From an uncultured Gammaproteobacteria bacterium (GTDB lineage Bacteria; Pseudomonadota; Gammaproteobacteria; UBA4575), in NCBI GenBank assembly GCA_905479295.1, contig CAJQLY010000002.1, forward strand, positions 7,812-71,811: a stretch of DNA of 64,000 nt. The letters run 5' to 3'. Positions within the stretch are counted from its first letter, which is position 1, and each line of letters starts with the position of its first letter. The notes under the pieces are model-generated. The model was given only the letters and a program-made list of their open reading frames with translations. It ran no database searches and was not told the origin of the DNA. The translations under genes were made by a program, and so were the position numbers. Of this stretch, positions 9,375 through 19,700 are shown in pieces.

Positions 9375-9710
9375 TTAAACCATATCTTTCAGGCCTTTTA
9401 AAGGAAGAATCTTAACGGCCTTACGAGCAGGTTTTGCTGCAAATACAGTCTCTTCGCCAGTGAAAGGGTTAATACCTTTACGTGCTTTAGTAGCAGGCTT
9501 TTTGACTGACTTAATTTTGCAGAGACCTAATACATTGAATAAGCCTGAACCACGTGGCTTAAGCTCTTTTGCAATCAGTTCTTCTAGCGATGTGAAAACT
9601 GCCGCAACTTGCTTACGAGTAAGCTCAGTATCGGTAGCGATTGCATTTAGGATTTCTGATTTTGTTGGTGCTTTTTTTACAGCCGGAGCTGCTTTCTTTT
9701 TAACGGCCAT
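9375..9710 (-). CDS. HU-family DNA-binding protein with Lys/Ala-rich N-terminal tail
   Basis: TKSEILNAIA...KPATKARKGINPFTGEE.VFAAKPA. Confidence 0.92.
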   Translation of the reverse strand: MAVKKKAAPAVKKAPTKSEILNAIATDTELTRKQVAAVFTSLEELIAKELKPRGSGLFNVLGLCKIKSVKKPATKARKGINPFTGEETVFAAKPARKAVKILPLKGLKDMV

Positions 9711-9909
9711 CTTTGATAGATCCTCTATGTGCGAGTGTGTCGATTGAGCGACTTATTTTGTTTTTTTCGCTGATTTTTTGAGTGCCTGATTAGAGACGCT
9801 CAAAACCAGACTTCCTTATTATAATTAAATTGTACACAAGCTACTCGTGAGTGCCAATGTTATTAGCAACTAAATTACACTATAAATAGGCCATAAAATG
9901 CATTTTTAC

Positions 9910-10458
9910 TCAAACAGAACGCAACATAATGATGGCGCAGTACAAAACAAAGATAACGGCCATTGCTGATAAGTCGATTACACCTGCTGGTGGAATATAG
10001 CGGCGTGCTAGCGATAACATAGGTTGTGTCAGGCTATCTAAGATCGATAGCATCGGATTACTCGTGCTATATGGGTTTACGAACCAACTCATTACAGCGC
10101 GAATCATGACTGAGTAGAGCAAAATAGTAATTAATTTGTCAGCGATGGCGACTATGGCAATAGGGATGATCTGAACGATATTAAATGGCACTTCACGTAG
10201 TGTCAGAATTAGATATAAGTGGAGCATAGAAAGCCCAAATATAACTAGCCAGGTAGCTGAATCGATACGACCGAGCGCAGGGGTGATTCTACGCATAGTG
10301 GTGACTATAGGGTCGGTAATTTTGACAACAAATTGTGCGATTGGATTGTAAAAATCTGCTTTTACCCAGGCCAAAAGGATACGGATTATTAACAATGCGA
10401 TATAGAGGCTTAATAAGCTATCGACGATGAAATAAGAAAGATTAGTAAGGGCTTGCAC
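9910..10458 (-). CDS. yggT: YggT family membrane protein
   Basis: ADFYNPIAQFVVKITDP, two YGGT repeats, next to proC. Confidence 0.92.
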   Translation of the reverse strand: MQALTNLSYFIVDSLLSLYIALLIIRILLAWVKADFYNPIAQFVVKITDPIVTTMRRITPALGRIDSATWLVIFGLSMLHLYLILTLREVPFNIVQIIPIAIVAIADKLITILLYSVMIRAVMSWFVNPYSTSNPMLSILDSLTQPMLSLARRYIPPAGVIDLSAMAVIFVLYCAIIMLRSV

Positions 10459-10483
10459 CGGCTAGGCTCCTGCTTTTTTGGGT

Positions 10484-11311
10484 TTATTCAAAAGATTGAC
10501 TAATTTCTTTACTACGTTTGGCTGCGGCTTGCAGTGCTTGCGTGATGAGGTCTGGTAAATCATTGGCACTGAGGCTGTGTAGCGCTGCTTCGGTGGTGCC
10601 TCCCTTAGAGGTCACATTACTACGTAATTGGGCAAAGCTTGTATCTGAGGCTAGTGCTAGTTTGGCTGCACCATGAATCATCTCTAGTGTCAGTAAAGTA
10701 CTTTGTTCAGCGCTTAAGCCTAGGGCTTGGCCACTTTCTTGTAAGCACTCCATGAAATAGAAGAGGTAAGCGGGTCCGCTGCCTGATAATGCTGTCACTG
10801 CATCCAATGCAGACTCATCATTCAGCCAGAGTGTTTTGCCGACACTACGCAATATGTTATCTGCTCTATCGCGATAGATGGCAGCTGTATTTTTGTCGGT
10901 ATAGAGGCCACTCATGCCATAGCCAATTGCTGCTGGTGTGTTTGGCATGGAACGTACAACAATCGCTGAAGCCCCTAGATTGTCTTGTAATGCTTGGTAA
11001 GGAATACCGGCAGCTACCGATATAAATAGGCTTTTAGCCGTATCCATCGAGGTGGCAATATCGCGGCAAAGTTGCAGCGTGTCTTTTGGTTTGAGTGCAA
11101 GAATGAAACTGGCCGGTGATGCCAAGGCTGCATTAAACGTCGATAGTGAACAGTCTGGGAAGTCTAAGGCTAAGCGGTCGGCCTCGGCAGGCTGACGATA
11201 GACTAAGTTTATCTGTTCGGCTGGAATATTATTATTTAACAGTCCACGCACTAGGCTGGCGCCCATATTACCTACACCAATTACGACAATTTTTCCATGT
11301 TCGTCTTGCAT
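10484..11311 (-). CDS. proC: Pyrroline-5-carboxylate reductase
   Basis: IGVGNMG, RSMPNTP, TALSGSGPAY, VTSKGGTT. Confidence 0.96.
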   Translation of the reverse strand: MQDEHGKIVVIGVGNMGASLVRGLLNNNIPAEQINLVYRQPAEADRLALDFPDCSLSTFNAALASPASFILALKPKDTLQLCRDIATSMDTAKSLFISVAAGIPYQALQDNLGASAIVVRSMPNTPAAIGYGMSGLYTDKNTAAIYRDRADNILRSVGKTLWLNDESALDAVTALSGSGPAYLFYFMECLQESGQALGLSAEQSTLLTLEMIHGAAKLALASDTSFAQLRSNVTSKGGTTEAALHSLSANDLPDLITQALQAAAKRSKEISQSFE

Positions 11312-11332
11312 CTAATGCCTCTGCAGTGGTCT

Positions 11333-12034
11333 TTATTTCTTGATTGCTTGACGACGGCCAAAGATGGCAGTGCCGATTCTCACGATGCTAGAACCAGAGG
11401 CTATAGCGGCTTCAAAATCATTACTCATACCCATCGATAGGGTGTCTAGAGCAATGCCTGCAGTTAATAATTGCTGTTGCAGGTCTCTCATTCTACTAAA
11501 GCTGGCGCACTGTTGCTGAAAGTCTGTGCTTGGACTCGGAATGGCCATTAGCCCACGTAAACGTAAACCCGGTAGCGTACTAATATGCTGTGCTAGTGCG
11601 GAGACATCGTCAACGGCTACACCTGATTTTGTCTCTTCGTTATCGATGTTGATTTGAATACAGACATTCAGTGGGGCTAAGTTTGCAGGCCGTTGAGTAC
11701 TGAGGCGATCAGCAATAATTTCACGTTCTATGCTATGAACCCAATCAAAATGCTCAGCGATTACACGTGTTTTATTCTTTTGTATCGGGCCTATAAAGTG
11801 CCAAGTCAGTCCGAGGTCGATAAGTGCAATCACTTTATCTACACCTTCCTGCACATAATTTTCACCAAAGTCGCGCTGACCAAAGCTAGCTGCTAGTCGC
11901 ACCTCTTCAATACTTCGAGTCTTGCTGACAGCCATTAATGTCACGCTATTTTTTGCACGTGCATGTTTCTGACAGAGCTGATCAATCTGCTGCTGTATAG
12001 ACTGTACCGGGTGTTGTTCAGTTTGGCTGGGCAT
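11333..12034 (-). CDS. yggS: PLP homeostasis protein YggS
   Basis: AVSKT, FGENYVQE, WHFIGPIQ, LSMGMSND. Confidence 0.96.
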   Translation of the reverse strand: MPSQTEQHPVQSIQQQIDQLCQKHARAKNSVTLMAVSKTRSIEEVRLAASFGQRDFGENYVQEGVDKVIALIDLGLTWHFIGPIQKNKTRVIAEHFDWVHSIEREIIADRLSTQRPANLAPLNVCIQINIDNEETKSGVAVDDVSALAQHISTLPGLRLRGLMAIPSPSTDFQQQCASFSRMRDLQQQLLTAGIALDTLSMGMSNDFEAAIASGSSIVRIGTAIFGRRQAIKK

Positions 12035-12193
12035 AGGAATGTTCGTTTAATCGCACGGTCGTGCGTGGTCACTGTCTAACTAGTATCGCTAGACTTTCAG
12101 TTATAGGCAATTGATTACTAATCGCTGCCTTATGTTGGTGTTAATTATTGTAACCCTAATTCTTGAAAGATGAACGATTCGAGAGTCTAAATC

Positions 12194-13177
12194 ATGCTGC
12201 AAGTCTATCTAGGTCTAGCTCGTGCACAGGGTGCTTCTGATCTTCACCTCAGTGCAGGCGATGCCCCACGCATACGTTGTAATGGCAAATTAAAGAGACT
12301 AGAGCAAGAGACAGCGGTTGTTACAGCGGAGCTCCTATTACAAGCCTTAGATGAGAGTCAGCGAGTCTGTTTAGATCAGGATAAACATTATGATTTCGCC
12401 TTGCAGCTAAGTGCTAGTGAGCGTTATCGCGCACATTATTTTTTCCAGCAGTCCGGGTTGAGTGCAGTCTTTCACGTGATCCCGGAAAATATTCCAACAC
12501 TGGATGAGCTCTTTGCTAGCAAAGGATTACGCTTGGCAGCAGAGGTCGATGCGGGCTTGGTGTTGCTGACAGGTGCAACTGGTAGTGGTAAGTCGACTAC
12601 GCTGGCATCCATCTTAGAGCATAAAAATCAGCGTCAACAAAGCCATATCATGACTTTGGAAGACCCCATTGAATTTAATTTTGAATCCAAGCAGAGCATC
12701 ATTAGCCAACGTCAATATAGGCAACATTATGACGACTTTAATCTGGCGCTACGTGGTGCTTTGCGTGCAGATCCTGACATCATTATGCTGGGTGAATTAC
12801 GTGATCTGGAGACCATTCGTCTAGCATTGATGGCCGCTGAAACCGGCCATTTGGTGCTAGCCAGTTTACATACGCGTAATGCCAGTCATTGTATTAGCCG
12901 TATCGTTGATGTGTTTCCTGCGACTGAAAAGGAATTAGTGCGTATGGCATTAGCCGACTCATTGCGTGCGGTGATTGCACAACAATTAGTACCAGCTCGT
13001 GCGGGCGGGCGTATCGCATTGTTTGAGAGCCTGTTGGTCAACTCAGCAGTGGCTAATTTAATTCGTGAAAATCAGCTTGTGCAATTGCTGTCATGTATGC
13101 AAACCGGTGCGCAGCAGGGGATGCAAAGCTTTCAGCAGGCACGAGAAGCCTTACTCGCTGAGGGCTTGCTAGATTAG
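12194..13177 (+). CDS. pilT: PilT/YggR-family type IV pilus ATPase
   Basis: ASDLHLSAG, GATGSGKSTTLA, TLEDPIEF, ALRADPD, AETGHLV, AVANLIRE; divergent from yggS. Confidence 0.88.
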   Translation: MLQVYLGLARAQGASDLHLSAGDAPRIRCNGKLKRLEQETAVVTAELLLQALDESQRVCLDQDKHYDFALQLSASERYRAHYFFQQSGLSAVFHVIPENIPTLDELFASKGLRLAAEVDAGLVLLTGATGSGKSTTLASILEHKNQRQQSHIMTLEDPIEFNFESKQSIISQRQYRQHYDDFNLALRGALRADPDIIMLGELRDLETIRLALMAAETGHLVLASLHTRNASHCISRIVDVFPATEKELVRMALADSLRAVIAQQLVPARAGGRIALFESLLVNSAVANLIRENQLVQLLSCMQTGAQQGMQSFQQAREALLAEGLLD

Positions 13178-13204
13178 TTTGTGAGGTGTTGGCCGAGTAA
13201 CTGA

Positions 13205-14077
13205 TTAGGCCTGTGGATAGACTAGCTTAGCGTCAAAGATAGGGCCATCGACACAGACTCTGCGCATCGACTGCTGCCCATCTTCTGTGATCAAGACATT
13301 ACAGCCAGCACAGCCACCGACGGCACAGGCCATGTGTTCTTCTAAGGACAGCTGACACTTTAATTGATGGCGCTGGCAAAATTCAGCTACCGCTTGCAGC
13401 ATTGGTGTAGGGCCACAGGCAAATACTTCAATTTTATGATGCTCATTACTATCGATGCCTGCCAGCCACTGCTCAGCAAGCTCATGCACATAGCCATTAA
13501 AACAACCGGCATAGCCTTGCTTGCTGCTGAGGCGTGAAGGGACATTAATATCTTCTAATAGGCGCATGGCAGTATCGATATCATCAGGCATGCCGGCAAG
13601 TGATTGTTGAGAGCTTTGTAGATCAAATGGGAAGGGGATCTCAGAGCCCATCACGACCATGGCTGTTTTGTCCTGTGACTTCTTTAATTCTTCGGCAAAG
13701 AAAACGATCGGTGGGATACCCACACCACCACCTATCAATAGCGGTATGGCCTCTTCCGTACTAAGTTCGAAGCCATTACCAATAGGCCCCATTGCCTGTA
13801 AGCGATCACCTATACGCGCCTTTGCTAAGGCGGCACTACCGCTACCAACAACCTTGAATAGTATTTCGATCCAGCCTGCATCTGCGTCGGCGCGCATGAC
13901 TGAAAAAGGGCGTTTCAAGGCATAGGGGGTTTGATCGCACTGTAGATGAATGAAATTACCTGGAGCGACGCTAGTGGCGCATTCAGGTGCTTCCAGGCGA
14001 ATCACATATTGTTCGGCAGCTAAGCTTTCTAGATTAAGCACTAGCGCCTGTTCAACAAAAATACTGGGCTGATTCAT
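13205..14077 (-). CDS. pyrK: Dihydroorotate dehydrogenase electron-transfer subunit
   Basis: RPFS, GGGVGIPP, ACGPTPM, MACAVGGCAGC...VCVDGPIF (FAD/NAD/2Fe-2S). Confidence 0.9.
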   Translation of the reverse strand: MNQPSIFVEQALVLNLESLAAEQYVIRLEAPECATSVAPGNFIHLQCDQTPYALKRPFSVMRADADAGWIEILFKVVGSGSAALAKARIGDRLQAMGPIGNGFELSTEEAIPLLIGGGVGIPPIVFFAEELKKSQDKTAMVVMGSEIPFPFDLQSSQQSLAGMPDDIDTAMRLLEDINVPSRLSSKQGYAGCFNGYVHELAEQWLAGIDSNEHHKIEVFACGPTPMLQAVAEFCQRHQLKCQLSLEEHMACAVGGCAGCNVLITEDGQQSMRRVCVDGPIFDAKLVYPQA

Positions 14078-15354
14078 TATGACTCTGAATAAACGAGCTT
14101 GCCGGATACAAAGGTATGTTTCACCTTGCCCTTAAAGCGTTGTCCTAGGAAAGGTGAGTGTTTGCCACGACTGCGCATAGTGTTGGCCTGCAAAGTCCAT
14201 TCTTGTTTTGGATCAAACAAGCAGAGGTCGGCGCTAGATCCTGCCGTCAGTGAACCTGCATCGATATTTAACATCTGTGCCGGCTTATAAGTCACTAAGG
14301 CAATGGCCTGCTGCAGATTGAGGAGGCCTTGTTCTACTAAGCGTAAGGTTAGTGGTAACAGGGTCTCGAATGATGAGGCACCAATTTGAGTCGATGCAAA
14401 GGGGGCAAGTTTTGCGTCCGCACAATGTGGTTGATGGTCGGAACAAATTGCGCTGAATATTGGATTATTGATTGCCTGACGCAAGCCAGCTAAGTCATCA
14501 GCACTACGCAGGGGCGGTAGTAGATGAAAATTAGGGTCAAAGGCTGGAATGTCATCATCACATAAGAAGAGCTGATGGGCAGCGACATCGGCGCTGACAT
14601 TAAGCCCTTCACTGTGTGCCAATTCAAGCATGTGAACGGCGCGCTGTGTCGACAGGCGTGCAAAGTGCACCCGTGCACCAGTGTGTTCGATTAAAGCGAG
14701 GCAGACGCCAACTGCTGCAGTTTCCGCTGCGTTTGGAATACCGATTAAGCCCATACGGGTTGCGGCTAGACCTTCGTTGATACAGCCATTTGCCTGTAGT
14801 GCCGAATCCATTGCTTGGTAATGCAATGTTAGGCCTTGGCCAGAGGCGTATTCCATCGCCCGGCGTAAAACTAAGTTATTGGCTAGAGGGTGCATCACAT
14901 TACTGACGCCAACACAGCCTGCTTGTTTCAGCGCAGCCATCTCACTCAACATATCGCCTTTTAGGCCAGTCGTTAGGGCGGCAATAACGTAAACATGACA
15001 GTGGCTACTGCTGTGACAATGCTGTTGCACATATTCTAGTTGTGCTGCTGAGTCTATCACTGGCTTGCTATCTGGCATGCAGACGAGCGAGGTGATGCCA
15101 GCGCTGACAGCGGCATGAGTCTCAGAGCTGATTGATTTTTGTTGTGTCTGTCCTGAGTTACCTAGGCGAGCAGCAATATCGACTAGACCAGGGATGCAAT
15201 AGAGTCCACTAGCATCAATTGATTGCTCGGCTTGCCAACCTGATGGTGGTTCACCAATAGAGAGAATCTTAGTGTCGGCTAGGTAGATTGCATCGACGCG
15301 ATCGATGGCATTCAGTGGATCGCAGATGTGGGCGTTTAAGATTTCTATTTTCAT
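14077..15354 (-). CDS. pyrC': Dihydroorotase-like protein, probably the inactive PyrC' partner of aspartate carbamoyltransferase
   Basis: Amidohydrolase fold with PPLRS and SDHQPH, but PGLVDIAARL replaces the metal-binding DxHxH. Confidence 0.88.
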   Translation of the reverse strand: MKIEILNAHICDPLNAIDRVDAIYLADTKILSIGEPPSGWQAEQSIDASGLYCIPGLVDIAARLGNSGQTQQKSISSETHAAVSAGITSLVCMPDSKPVIDSAAQLEYVQQHCHSSSHCHVYVIAALTTGLKGDMLSEMAALKQAGCVGVSNVMHPLANNLVLRRAMEYASGQGLTLHYQAMDSALQANGCINEGLAATRMGLIGIPNAAETAAVGVCLALIEHTGARVHFARLSTQRAVHMLELAHSEGLNVSADVAAHQLFLCDDDIPAFDPNFHLLPPLRSADDLAGLRQAINNPIFSAICSDHQPHCADAKLAPFASTQIGASSFETLLPLTLRLVEQGLLNLQQAIALVTYKPAQMLNIDAGSLTAGSSADLCLFDPKQEWTLQANTMRSRGKHSPFLGQRFKGKVKHTFVSGKLVYSES

Positions 15355-15357
15355 TGA

Positions 15358-16272
15358 TTATTGCCCCGCCAATATCGACATCACCGCCATACGTACGGCA
15401 ATTCCGTAAGACACTTGTTGCAGGATCACCGACTGTTCACCGTCGGCGACAGATGAACTAATTTCGACCCCACGATTGATTGGGCCAGGGTGCATGACAA
15501 TGGCATCTTTAGCTGCTAGTGCGACACGTTCTGAGGTCAGGCCAAAGAGTTGAAAGTATTCACGCTCACTGGGTAACAACGCACCCTGCATACGTTCTTT
15601 TTGTAGACGTAGGGTGATGATGACATCGGTACCGCTTAAAGCTGATTCAACACTATCATAGACATCGACACCTAGGCCTTCGAGCTGTGTAGGCATCAGT
15701 GTACGTGGTGCAACTACCCGGATCTCTTTAGCCCCTAGGGTACGTAGGGCATGAATCTGTGAACGAGCGACGCGAGAGTGCAAGAGATCGCCAACAATAG
15801 TGACTTTGAGTTGATCAAAAGCCCCTTTATGGCGACGAATAGTAAACATATCAAGCATCGCCTGAGTCGGGTGCGCATGGCGGCCATCACCGGCATTAAT
15901 GACGCTGATGCCGGGCGAGATGTGTTGACTGAGAAACTCGGCTGCCCCACTGTCTTGATGGCGTACAACAAACATGTCGACGTGCATCGCCTCTAAATTA
16001 CGCAGGGTATCTAGCAGACTCTCGCCTTTGACTGTGGCGGATGCTGCGATATTCATTGTTAGGATATCTGCTGATAGACGTTTTGCTGCAAGCTCGAAGG
16101 TCGATCGGGTACGCGTACTGGCTTCAAAGAATAGATTGACGATGGTCTTACCACGCAGCAGCGGGACTTTTTTGACCGAGCTTCCGTCGGCATTGATAAA
16201 CGACTCTGCGGTATCAAGAATAGCAGTCAACTGATCCAGAGTGAGTGATTCAGTTGTTAAGAAGTGCTGCAT
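15358..16272 (-). CDS. pyrB: Aspartate carbamoyltransferase catalytic subunit
   Basis: [29 protein letters not shown]. Confidence 0.97.
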   Translation of the reverse strand: MQHFLTTESLTLDQLTAILDTAESFINADGSSVKKVPLLRGKTIVNLFFEASTRTRSTFELAAKRLSADILTMNIAASATVKGESLLDTLRNLEAMHVDMFVVRHQDSGAAEFLSQHISPGISVINAGDGRHAHPTQAMLDMFTIRRHKGAFDQLKVTIVGDLLHSRVARSQIHALRTLGAKEIRVVAPRTLMPTQLEGLGVDVYDSVESALSGTDVIITLRLQKERMQGALLPSEREYFQLFGLTSERVALAAKDAIVMHPGPINRGVEISSSVADGEQSVILQQVSYGIAVRMAVMSILAGQ

Positions 16273-16313
16273 CCGCGCTCGTTTTTTATGTATAAGTTAG
16301 TTAAATGATGAAC

Positions 16314-16820
16314 CTAATTAGGGTCCAGTTCGATCACTTGTAGGCCCAGTGGTTCGGGGCCGCTTAGTTTTACCTGCTGATGGGGTTGTAGGTCAAGTCT
16401 CATACCCACTGCATCGGCACGTATGGGCAGCTCACACCCACCACGATCGATCAAAACAACCAACATAACGCTGGCTGGGCGACCATAATCAAATAATTCA
16501 TTCAGTGCTGCACGCACGGTACGGCCGGTATGTAGTACGTCATCGACTAAGATGATGTCCTTACCGGAAATATCTAAAGGGAGTCGTGATGGTTTAACCT
16601 GAGGATTAAGTCCGATCTGACTAAAGTCATCACGATAGAAAGAAATATCCAAGACACCCAGTTCGGTGCTGATGTCGAGTTGGTGATGTAACTTCTCGGC
16701 AATCCAATGTCCACCGGTATGAATGCCGACTAGAATGGGGTCTGCAACTGCGCGCTGTTCGATTAAGGCGGCAGTTTTAGTGTGTAGGTCACCTAATAAC
16801 TGATCGAGCTTGAATTCCAT
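16314..16820 (-). CDS. pyrR: Pyrimidine regulator / uracil phosphoribosyltransferase PyrR
   Basis: LDISFYRDDF, LVDDVLHTGRTVRAALNELFDYGRP, ELPI. Confidence 0.95.
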   Translation of the reverse strand: MEFKLDQLLGDLHTKTAALIEQRAVADPILVGIHTGGHWIAEKLHHQLDISTELGVLDISFYRDDFSQIGLNPQVKPSRLPLDISGKDIILVDDVLHTGRTVRAALNELFDYGRPASVMLVVLIDRGGCELPIRADAVGMRLDLQPHQQVKLSGPEPLGLQVIELDPN

Positions 16821-16825
16821 CTAAA

Positions 16826-17251
16826 TTATCCTAGATTACTATTCATCCACGATTCCATTAGCAGGGCTGCTGCAAATGAATCGATCTCTTCTTTCTTAAT
16901 CTTACCTTTATTTCGGTCGCGGCGCTCTTTCAATAAATCATAGGCGGCGTGTGAACTTAGGGTTTCGTCATGTAGACAGACTTCTTTTTTGAATCTTTCT
17001 GCCAGTTGCCGACTGAATTTAGTTATTTTCTTACGTAAGGCCTGGTTGTTGTCTGAATCATCCGGAATACCAACGATTAATTTGCTGGGCTGCCACTCGT
17101 TAATCAGTTTTTCAATTTCAGCCCAGTTTGGGCCAGCATTGGAATGTAATGTGGTCAGAGGTTTAGCACTGGCTGTGATGGCAACACCAACGGCTACTCC
17201 AGTGCGTCGTTCACCAAAATCAAAGGCTAAGTAGAGGTTATTAGCTGACAA
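16826..17251 (-). CDS. yqgF: YqgF/RuvX pre-16S rRNA nuclease
   Basis: LAFDFGERRTGVAVG, DETLSS, IDSFAAALL. Confidence 0.93.
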   Translation of the reverse strand: MSANNLYLAFDFGERRTGVAVGVAITASAKPLTTLHSNAGPNWAEIEKLINEWQPSKLIVGIPDDSDNNQALRKKITKFSRQLAERFKKEVCLHDETLSSHAAYDLLKERRDRNKGKIKKEEIDSFAAALLMESWMNSNLG

Positions 17252-17815
17252 TTAAGCGTGCCCTACAGTGGTAGATAATAGATTCATATCGACGCCTAGA
17301 TGGGAGCCGGCCGATAACCATTGTTTTTTAGCTGGAGTCGAAAATACGATGTCAGGGTTATAGGGAACGGTTAACCAGGCATTATCGGTAATCTCTGTCT
17401 CGAGTTGTTCAGGTCCCCAACCGGCATAACCTAAGCTGATCAGACAATGCTCAGGTATTTCGCCATGAGCGATGCTGCGTAAGATATCAGTCGAGTGGCT
17501 TAAGCGAATGCCATCAATGACGTCTATGCCGTCTTCTGGATAGAGTGCGCTGTCATGTAGGATAAAGCCTTGCTCATTGCGTACCGGGCCACCATTAAAA
17601 ATAGACATTGCCGGTAGTACTTTTTCATCATTGTCGATGTTCAATTGATTTAATAATTGGCTTAGCGAGATATCGTGGGGTCGGTTTAAGACGATACCAA
17701 AGGCACCCTGTTCTAGGGAATGCTCACAGATCAGGCAGATACTTTGTTTGAACATGGAATCTGTGAGCCCTGGCATGGCCAGTAATAATTGTCCCTGTAG
17801 TGATTCCTTAGTCAT
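17252..17815 (-). CDS. yqgE: YqgE/AlgH family protein
   Basis: LLLAMP, ICEHS..GAFGIVLNRP, GGPV, LGYAGWG..QLE.EI..NAW. Confidence 0.94.
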   Translation of the reverse strand: MTKESLQGQLLLAMPGLTDSMFKQSICLICEHSLEQGAFGIVLNRPHDISLSQLLNQLNIDNDEKVLPAMSIFNGGPVRNEQGFILHDSALYPEDGIDVIDGIRLSHSTDILRSIAHGEIPEHCLISLGYAGWGPEQLETEITDNAWLTVPYNPDIVFSTPAKKQWLSAGSHLGVDMNLLSTTVGHA

Positions 17816-18638
17816 ATTTTTCTTCTGTAGTGAAGGTTTGGTCGCTTTGGTAAACCCAGGTACGGGTAATCATTAGCTGATCATACTGGCTTTGCATGGC
17901 CTGAGGGAATGCCCTAAAAGGCTGACTATGTTCGACCACTTGATGGGCTGCTTGATCCAAGATGGGACTGCCCGAGCTACCGACGATCTTAGACGAAATT
18001 AGACGGCCATCGCTGGCAATTACAACGCTCATGATAAGTGTACCACTGAGGCCTTGTTGAATCGCGTGCAAGGGGTAATACAGATTGCCTTGTTGCTCAA
18101 TGCGTTCTACCCAAAGGCGCACATAGTCTGCCTCCAATGCTGATTTACTACTGACGCTATCAAAAAAATGTAGTTTTGGACGTTGCGCATAAACCAGTTT
18201 GGCGTGGTTTAACTCTGATATCAGGGTGTTGATGTCTTGCATCTGAGCCTGTTCGTCTATGTACTCAGTTTCTCTAACTACAGGCGGTTGCTCAGATCGT
18301 TCACTGCTGTTGGCTTGTAGTTGCAGTGTGTGGCTGTTTTTTTTACTTTCTGCTGTAGCAGGCTGCCCTTGTTCAGATTGGCTTAGCTGAATGTTGCCCT
18401 GTGCTACAGCATGCTGTTGTTGGTTATCGCTATGAGCAAGATATTCTGCGGCTTCATTGCGTTGTTGATCACTTATTGGATTGAGGACGATCTCTATCGT
18501 ACTGCTGTGTTTTGTCTGATCTTGTATGAATTGGAAACTGAAGCCTAAGATGACTAAGGCATGTAAGGCAATGGCGAGCAGCAAGGTGAAACTGATACGA
18601 TCACTGGGGCGTATTTTTTGGCCAGTCGGGGTCGTCAT
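17808..18638 (-). CDS. tonB: TonB-family energy transducer
   Basis: N-terminal TM helix (AIALHAL), C-terminal TonB_C (YP...SSG..ILDQAA..F..FP...ITRTW); between gshB and yqgE. Confidence 0.85.
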   Translation of the reverse strand: MTTPTGQKIRPSDRISFTLLLAIALHALVILGFSFQFIQDQTKHSSTIEIVLNPISDQQRNEAAEYLAHSDNQQQHAVAQGNIQLSQSEQGQPATAESKKNSHTLQLQANSSERSEQPPVVRETEYIDEQAQMQDINTLISELNHAKLVYAQRPKLHFFDSVSSKSALEADYVRLWVERIEQQGNLYYPLHAIQQGLSGTLIMSVVIASDGRLISSKIVGSSGSPILDQAAHQVVEHSQPFRAFPQAMQSQYDQLMITRTWVYQSDQTFTTEEKYD

Positions 18639-18658
18639 GGCATTACATGCGCATCTAT

Positions 18659-19609
18659 TTAGGCTGAAAGTTTACGTGCAATAACATTGAATAATTCAGC
18701 GCTAATATTGAGATCGAATGCACGATCGAGTTCACGGATGCAGGTTGGGCTGGTGATGTTGATCTCAGTAAGATAATTACCAATTACATCAATGCCGGCA
18801 AATAAAATGCCATGTTGTCGTAAATGTGGTTTCAGCAGCTCGCAGATATGTCGATCTGATTCACTGAGCTCAATTCCTTTGGCATGACCGCCAGCGGCTA
18901 GGTTGCCACGAAAATCAGAGGTGGATGGAATGCGGGCCAGTGCATAGGGGATGGGCTCACCATTGATTAATAAAATACGTTTATCACCAGCGCTGATGTC
19001 AGGTATAAATTCCTGCGCCATGATGCTGCGGCGGCCATAATCGGTAATTTGTTCGAGGATTGTGTTTCGATTCGGATCGTCTTGCTCGATTCTAAAGATA
19101 GAGGCGCCACCCATGGCATCTAGGGGTTTGACGACGATGCTGCCTATCTCTTCTACAAAAGATTGTAAGCGCAGAATGTTTGAGCTGATTAATGTTTCGG
19201 CACAGATTCCTGGGAACTGACTGATGCTGAATTTTTCGTTTAAGTTGCGCAATGCATATGCGTTGTTAACGATCAAGCTGCCGGCTGTCTGAGCTAATTC
19301 TAAGGCATAGGTGAGATAGACATATTCCATGTCGAAGGGTGGGTCTTTGCGCATTAAGATGACATCAAAGCTCGCCAGTGCATGCTCTTCCCAGGTGCCT
19401 AATTTAAACCAACTATTGGTATCATCCTGCACCATCACAGGAGCAGCACTACAGTGACTTTCACCGTTACGAACATGTACTGAGCCTGTCGGAATATAGT
19501 ATGAGCTATAGGCTCTGTTTTGCGCCTCCAGCAGCATTGCAAAGCTACTGTCTTTTTGAACATTGATGGATTCAATCGGATCCATAATGATGCCAAGTTT
19601 GATTGTCAT
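18659..19609 (-). CDS. gshB: Glutathione synthetase
   Basis: KDSSFAMLLEAQ, MRKDPPFD, RGNLAAGG, TEINITSPTC. Confidence 0.97.
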   Translation of the reverse strand: MTIKLGIIMDPIESINVQKDSSFAMLLEAQNRAYSSYYIPTGSVHVRNGESHCSAAPVMVQDDTNSWFKLGTWEEHALASFDVILMRKDPPFDMEYVYLTYALELAQTAGSLIVNNAYALRNLNEKFSISQFPGICAETLISSNILRLQSFVEEIGSIVVKPLDAMGGASIFRIEQDDPNRNTILEQITDYGRRSIMAQEFIPDISAGDKRILLINGEPIPYALARIPSTSDFRGNLAAGGHAKGIELSESDRHICELLKPHLRQHGILFAGIDVIGNYLTEINITSPTCIRELDRAFDLNISAELFNVIARKLSA

Positions 19610-19700
19610 ACGGGGCCTTTTAAACGATGGATTAGCATCTCTCTATAGATGTTATACAGAGTACTCATTGGTGGTGACTGGATGCAAGTGCCGAGATGGT

